A stretch of DNA of 62,995 nucleotides, counting the filler, from Licmophora abbreviata (lineage: Eukaryota): NCBI GenBank assembly GCA_900291995.1. It is 16 parts of 16 records of this genome, joined end to end, with 100 filler letters (N's around TTAATTAATTAA, not from the genome) between each part and the next. Parts side by side here need not be neighbours in the genome. Positions count along the whole stretch, not along the records: positions 59,370 to 60,410 come from OLMU01001371.1; positions 60,511 to 61,692 come from OLMU01001372.1; positions 61,793 to 62,995 come from OLMU01001389.1; 13 more parts are not named here. One strand, written 5' to 3'. A program made the position numbers and the translations under genes. The notes beneath the pieces were generated by a model. That model saw only the letters and a list, made by a program, of their open reading frames with translations. It searched no databases and had not been told where the DNA came from. Positions 60,113 to 62,995 of the stretch are shown here, piece by piece. Numbering within the stretch: position 1 is the first letter of the stretch; every line of letters starts with the position of its first letter.

Positions 60113-60883
60113 TTATTGGTCATACAGGTGAAGCGCAAAATGCATTTCCCAACCACAGCCCGGTACCGCCACGCGTTGCAGAGGTCGCACCTTTTCGATT
60201 CTGCTCTGATGCTGCGATGTGCCGTCTTCAGTGTCACTGCTTTGCAGTATCGTGTCAGACGGTGGGGAGTACCACTTGCCGTCTGAGATGGCTTTTGACA
60301 GCTCGCTCGACGAGCCAGCGGGAGTCGTCGATGGTGCTGCTACGGGATCTACCGTCGACGATGAGTTCCTTGTCGTCTCGCTTGTCATGCGGAGACGAAT
60401 CTTGAAGGTGNNNNNNNNNNNNNNNNNNNNNNNNNNNNNNNNNNNNNNNNNNNNTTAATTAATTAANNNNNNNNNNNNNNNNNNNNNNNNNNNNNNNNNN
60501 NNNNNNNNNNCCTCATTTGCGTCATCCTTGCTCATCATTTCTTGCAGGCCATCCTCCTGATGCGGCTTTATCTTCACCGCCGTCGTTCGAAGTGCATATC
60601 GCTCCACCACATCGAAATGATTTTTCAGAACCAGCAGCGATAGTTCGTCTGCCGTACCCGCCACCAACGCCGGTACCGCCACTCGCAGAGCCTCGTGGAT
60701 GTACTTGACGACTCCAGGATGCCGATTGGCATGGCACTGAATGCCCAGAAAGTGCGTGTGAGTCGTCGCGTCTCTTGGATAGACGCGTGTCACGTAAAGC
60801 AGCTCATGACACCACGTCTCCAGCGTCGCTGCCAACAATGCGTTCCACTGCTCGCGCAGCGAAAGTGATGACGATGAAGGCAT
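60113..60883 (-). CDS. REV7: HORMA-domain protein REV7/MAD2L2; split by spacer 60411-60510
   Basis: LETWCHELLYVTRVYP...RHPGVVKYI...ERY, then TFKIRL...W..P...RPL after the gap. Confidence 0.78.
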
Positions 60884-61255
60884 GGGTATAATGCTGTTTT
60901 AGAGTAGACTAGAGGAGCATCGTGTTGGACAAGAGGAGGAGCAAGCAACAATACTAGTATGACGCGACATGTCGCGTCGACTGTTAGGGTTATGCGAGAG
61001 ATGACGCGAAATTGAACGCGGCGATGGCGATTGATGTGTGTCAAGTTTTTTCGCCCCGCAATCGCAGCAGGTGATGTTGACCTGTGAGACGACATTATAC
61101 AATATTGAGCATGGTCGCACAAGTAGACTGCGGGCAGCGAGCAGTGCCATTAAGAGTTAAAGTCATAGAATGCTTGAGATGAAGGCTTTTGCACGGACGA
61201 AAAGACCGATATTATTTCTACCATCACTTTCGCTATCACACGACGGGCATTCACT

Positions 61256-61692
61256 CTACAGATTTTTCACCTTCATCCTTCGAAATGGCCTCGGTACATA
61301 CAGAGGTACTCTATGCATGTACTCTTTGTATTTTGGATACTTTCCAAGTGTGATCTGTTCGGTGAACCTACCCGATCCTTGAAAGAGCAACACGAGCACT
61401 ACCGCCCCACCTCCTGACCAGTTGCACCACGGTGCCCCTGCCGTTAGGGAGAACAAGTAAAAGCAGATCCAAATGCATTGTTCCGCTGCATAGTTGGGCT
61501 TTCGTACAATGGAGAACAAGCCAGATTGCAGAAATCCGTCTGCGTACTGGTCCGTCATGGACTCCTCCTTGCCATCATCACTGACCGTATGCGTTCGTCG
61601 ACGATACTTTTTCTTTTCCGTCTGAAAGTTAAATTGCTGATTGTCTGCAATAGTCTCGATCACTATCAAGCTCAAAAGGACGACTGCGACAA
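61256..61692 (-). CDS. DUF1295 / steroid-5-alpha-reductase-like membrane protein, C-terminal fragment
   Basis: IETIADNQQFNFQ, GFLQSGLFSIVRKPNYAAEQ, KYPKYKEY..RVP. Confidence 0.82.
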
Positions 61693-62080
61693 NNNNNNNN
61701 NNNNNNNNNNNNNNNNNNNNNNNNNNNNNNNNNNNNTTAATTAATTAANNNNNNNNNNNNNNNNNNNNNNNNNNNNNNNNNNNNNNNNNNNNCAGGATGG
61801 CGATCGACGCATTGCCGCAATCCTTATGATGCTTGGACCCGAACTCCTTCGTCGCAGGAGACATTAGGTAGCTCAGAGGACTCGTCATATTACGATATGC
61901 GTTTGCTAACGCTGATGAGACATTTCTTTATCTGTAGCTGTGGAGTGTAGCGAACTCGGACAAGACGTACGTTTGATACCAAAGAGAGACGCACGATAGA
62001 TTCTACATTCGCTTACTAGATCCTACTACAGTAGCAATTGGAGCAGAGCACCTGAAAAATGGGATTTGGGCTATGCTAGT

Positions 62081-62995
62081 CTACTTTTCGACGACCTTGT
62101 ATTGCACTACAAAATCGCCCCAGTTGGAGGTCGCTACGGAGAGAAAGCTGTTGTTGTGAATGATCGGTTCGCCTTCAATGGGGACACCCGCCGCCTTCAA
62201 ACATTCCACGAATCTGTAGCCGTAGTCGGGACGCCCTGCGCAGCCCACAGTAAGCGAGGCGATCTTCTGGCCTGGCTTCAATGTGTTCTTAATACGAGAA
62301 ACTTCGACATCCTGCAGATCTGCAAGCGATGGGGCGCTATCGAGCATGCTCATGAGCATTCCAGCTTTCTGAAACTCGGTAAGAGGTTCCCCCTCACGAA
62401 TAACAGGAGCATGGCCAAACGAGAAGAATGATCCGTCCTCGACAGCGAAATTTTGAGGAAACCAGCCTGGCCGCCAAGCGACGAGCTTGTTGACGGTCGC
62501 GCTGGATGCGAACGAGACAAAGAAGAAGTTTCGGTCCGAGTATTCCTTGCAGGTCGTGTACGCCTCGTCAATACTCATACCTGCGCGTGCGCATCGAATA
62601 GCTTCGCGAATAAACTGTCCCTCGTATAGCCCCCAGCCATGGGCGAAGACCTTGACATTCGCCCGTTGTTCCGGCGTCAGCATGTCGACGGCCGCAATGG
62701 TATTCCGGCCAGCCGTCCCGACGCGCTTGTCAGTGCCAAACGACATGACAAGCACAGGTTTTCCCTTGGCCAATGCTCCCAAGAGCTCGATCTTGATTTG
62801 CATGGGATTGGGTGCAGCCGTCGTGTATTGGATCGCCGTGTCCTCCTGCCGCTGCATGTTGAGGGCGTTGCATGTTTCCGAGTCCGTCGCGAAGCGAATA
62901 TCAATTGGCTCCTGTGTCGTTGAAGGGACCATGAACACGGGCAGAGTAACAAGATCGTCGGACATTTCGACCGATGAAAGGACAAGAGAACACAA
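62081..62995 (-). CDS. Partial protein (5' end outside window) with a divergent DegV/FakB-like domain
   Basis: Order of elements LPVF...YTTAAPNP...VLVMSF...AAV...VKVF...G...EAIRCARAGMSIDE...FFFV parallels the DegV pattern. Confidence 0.45.
   Translation of the reverse strand: MCSLVLSSVEMSDDLVTLPVFMVPSTTQEPIDIRFATDSETCNALNMQRQEDTAIQYTTAAPNPMQIKIELLGALAKGKPVLVMSFGTDKRVGTAGRNTIAAVDMLTPEQRANVKVFAHGWGLYEGQFIREAIRCARAGMSIDEAYTTCKEYSDRNFFFVSFASSATVNKLVAWRPGWFPQNFAVEDGSFFSFGHAPVIREGEPLTEFQKAGMLMSMLDSAPSLADLQDVEVSRIKNTLKPGQKIASLTVGCAGRPDYGYRFVECLKAAGVPIEGEPIIHNNSFLSVATSNWGDFVVQYKVVEK

Noticed and set aside
30768..60883. Cluster of transcription and chromatin genes (NELF-C/D, YL1_C, TFIIS-N, XPD, NOT4, REV7)
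   Set aside because: Common functional class, mixed orientation and unverified scaffold order.
2027..61792. Regularly recurring TTAATTAATTAA as a repeat array, CRISPR or piggyBac site
   Set aside because: Always embedded in fixed N runs; it is an assembly linker.
1..62995. Many 60-200 aa antisense or alternate-frame ORFs
   Set aside because: Shadows of real genes at ~50% GC; no motifs.

Overview
Gene-dense eukaryotic nuclear DNA of roughly 50% GC with short GT-AG introns. It is almost certainly from a diatom: it carries an ASAFAP-type bipartite plastid presequence on an Lhcr antenna protein, a DUF6824-type protein and a second ChlH-type Mg-chelatase. The window is a scaffold of 16 pieces joined by 15 artificial 100-nt spacers (N44-TTAATTAATTAA-N44, stops in all six frames). 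At least three joins are really overlaps, so genes can be re-joined by hand. About 30 genes are supported: TylF-like methyltransferase, mitochondrial ATP synthase gamma, M14 cytosolic carboxypeptidase, RPAIN, a plastid membrane protein, AsnA, an NTT/TLC transporter, HemW, Lhcr, a P-loop kinase, a GT11-like transferase, ChlH-like, NPRL2, a WW-NELF-C/D fusion, a DUF6824 protein, an SDR, a YL1_C chromatin subunit, XPD, UTP20, NOT4, REV7, DUF1295 and a DegV-like domain. I found no operon-like novel system, CRISPR array, rRNA or tRNA. The best leads are single genes: a WW-domain-fused NELF-C/D, a CAF40-binding-like motif in NOT4, a Swc6/Ies6 chimeric-looking subunit, bacterial-type AsnA, DegV, TylF and CCP genes, an MLCC-initiated repeat protein hidden by a scaffold join, and two orphan membrane proteins. 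All family calls come from recalled motifs, not database searches.
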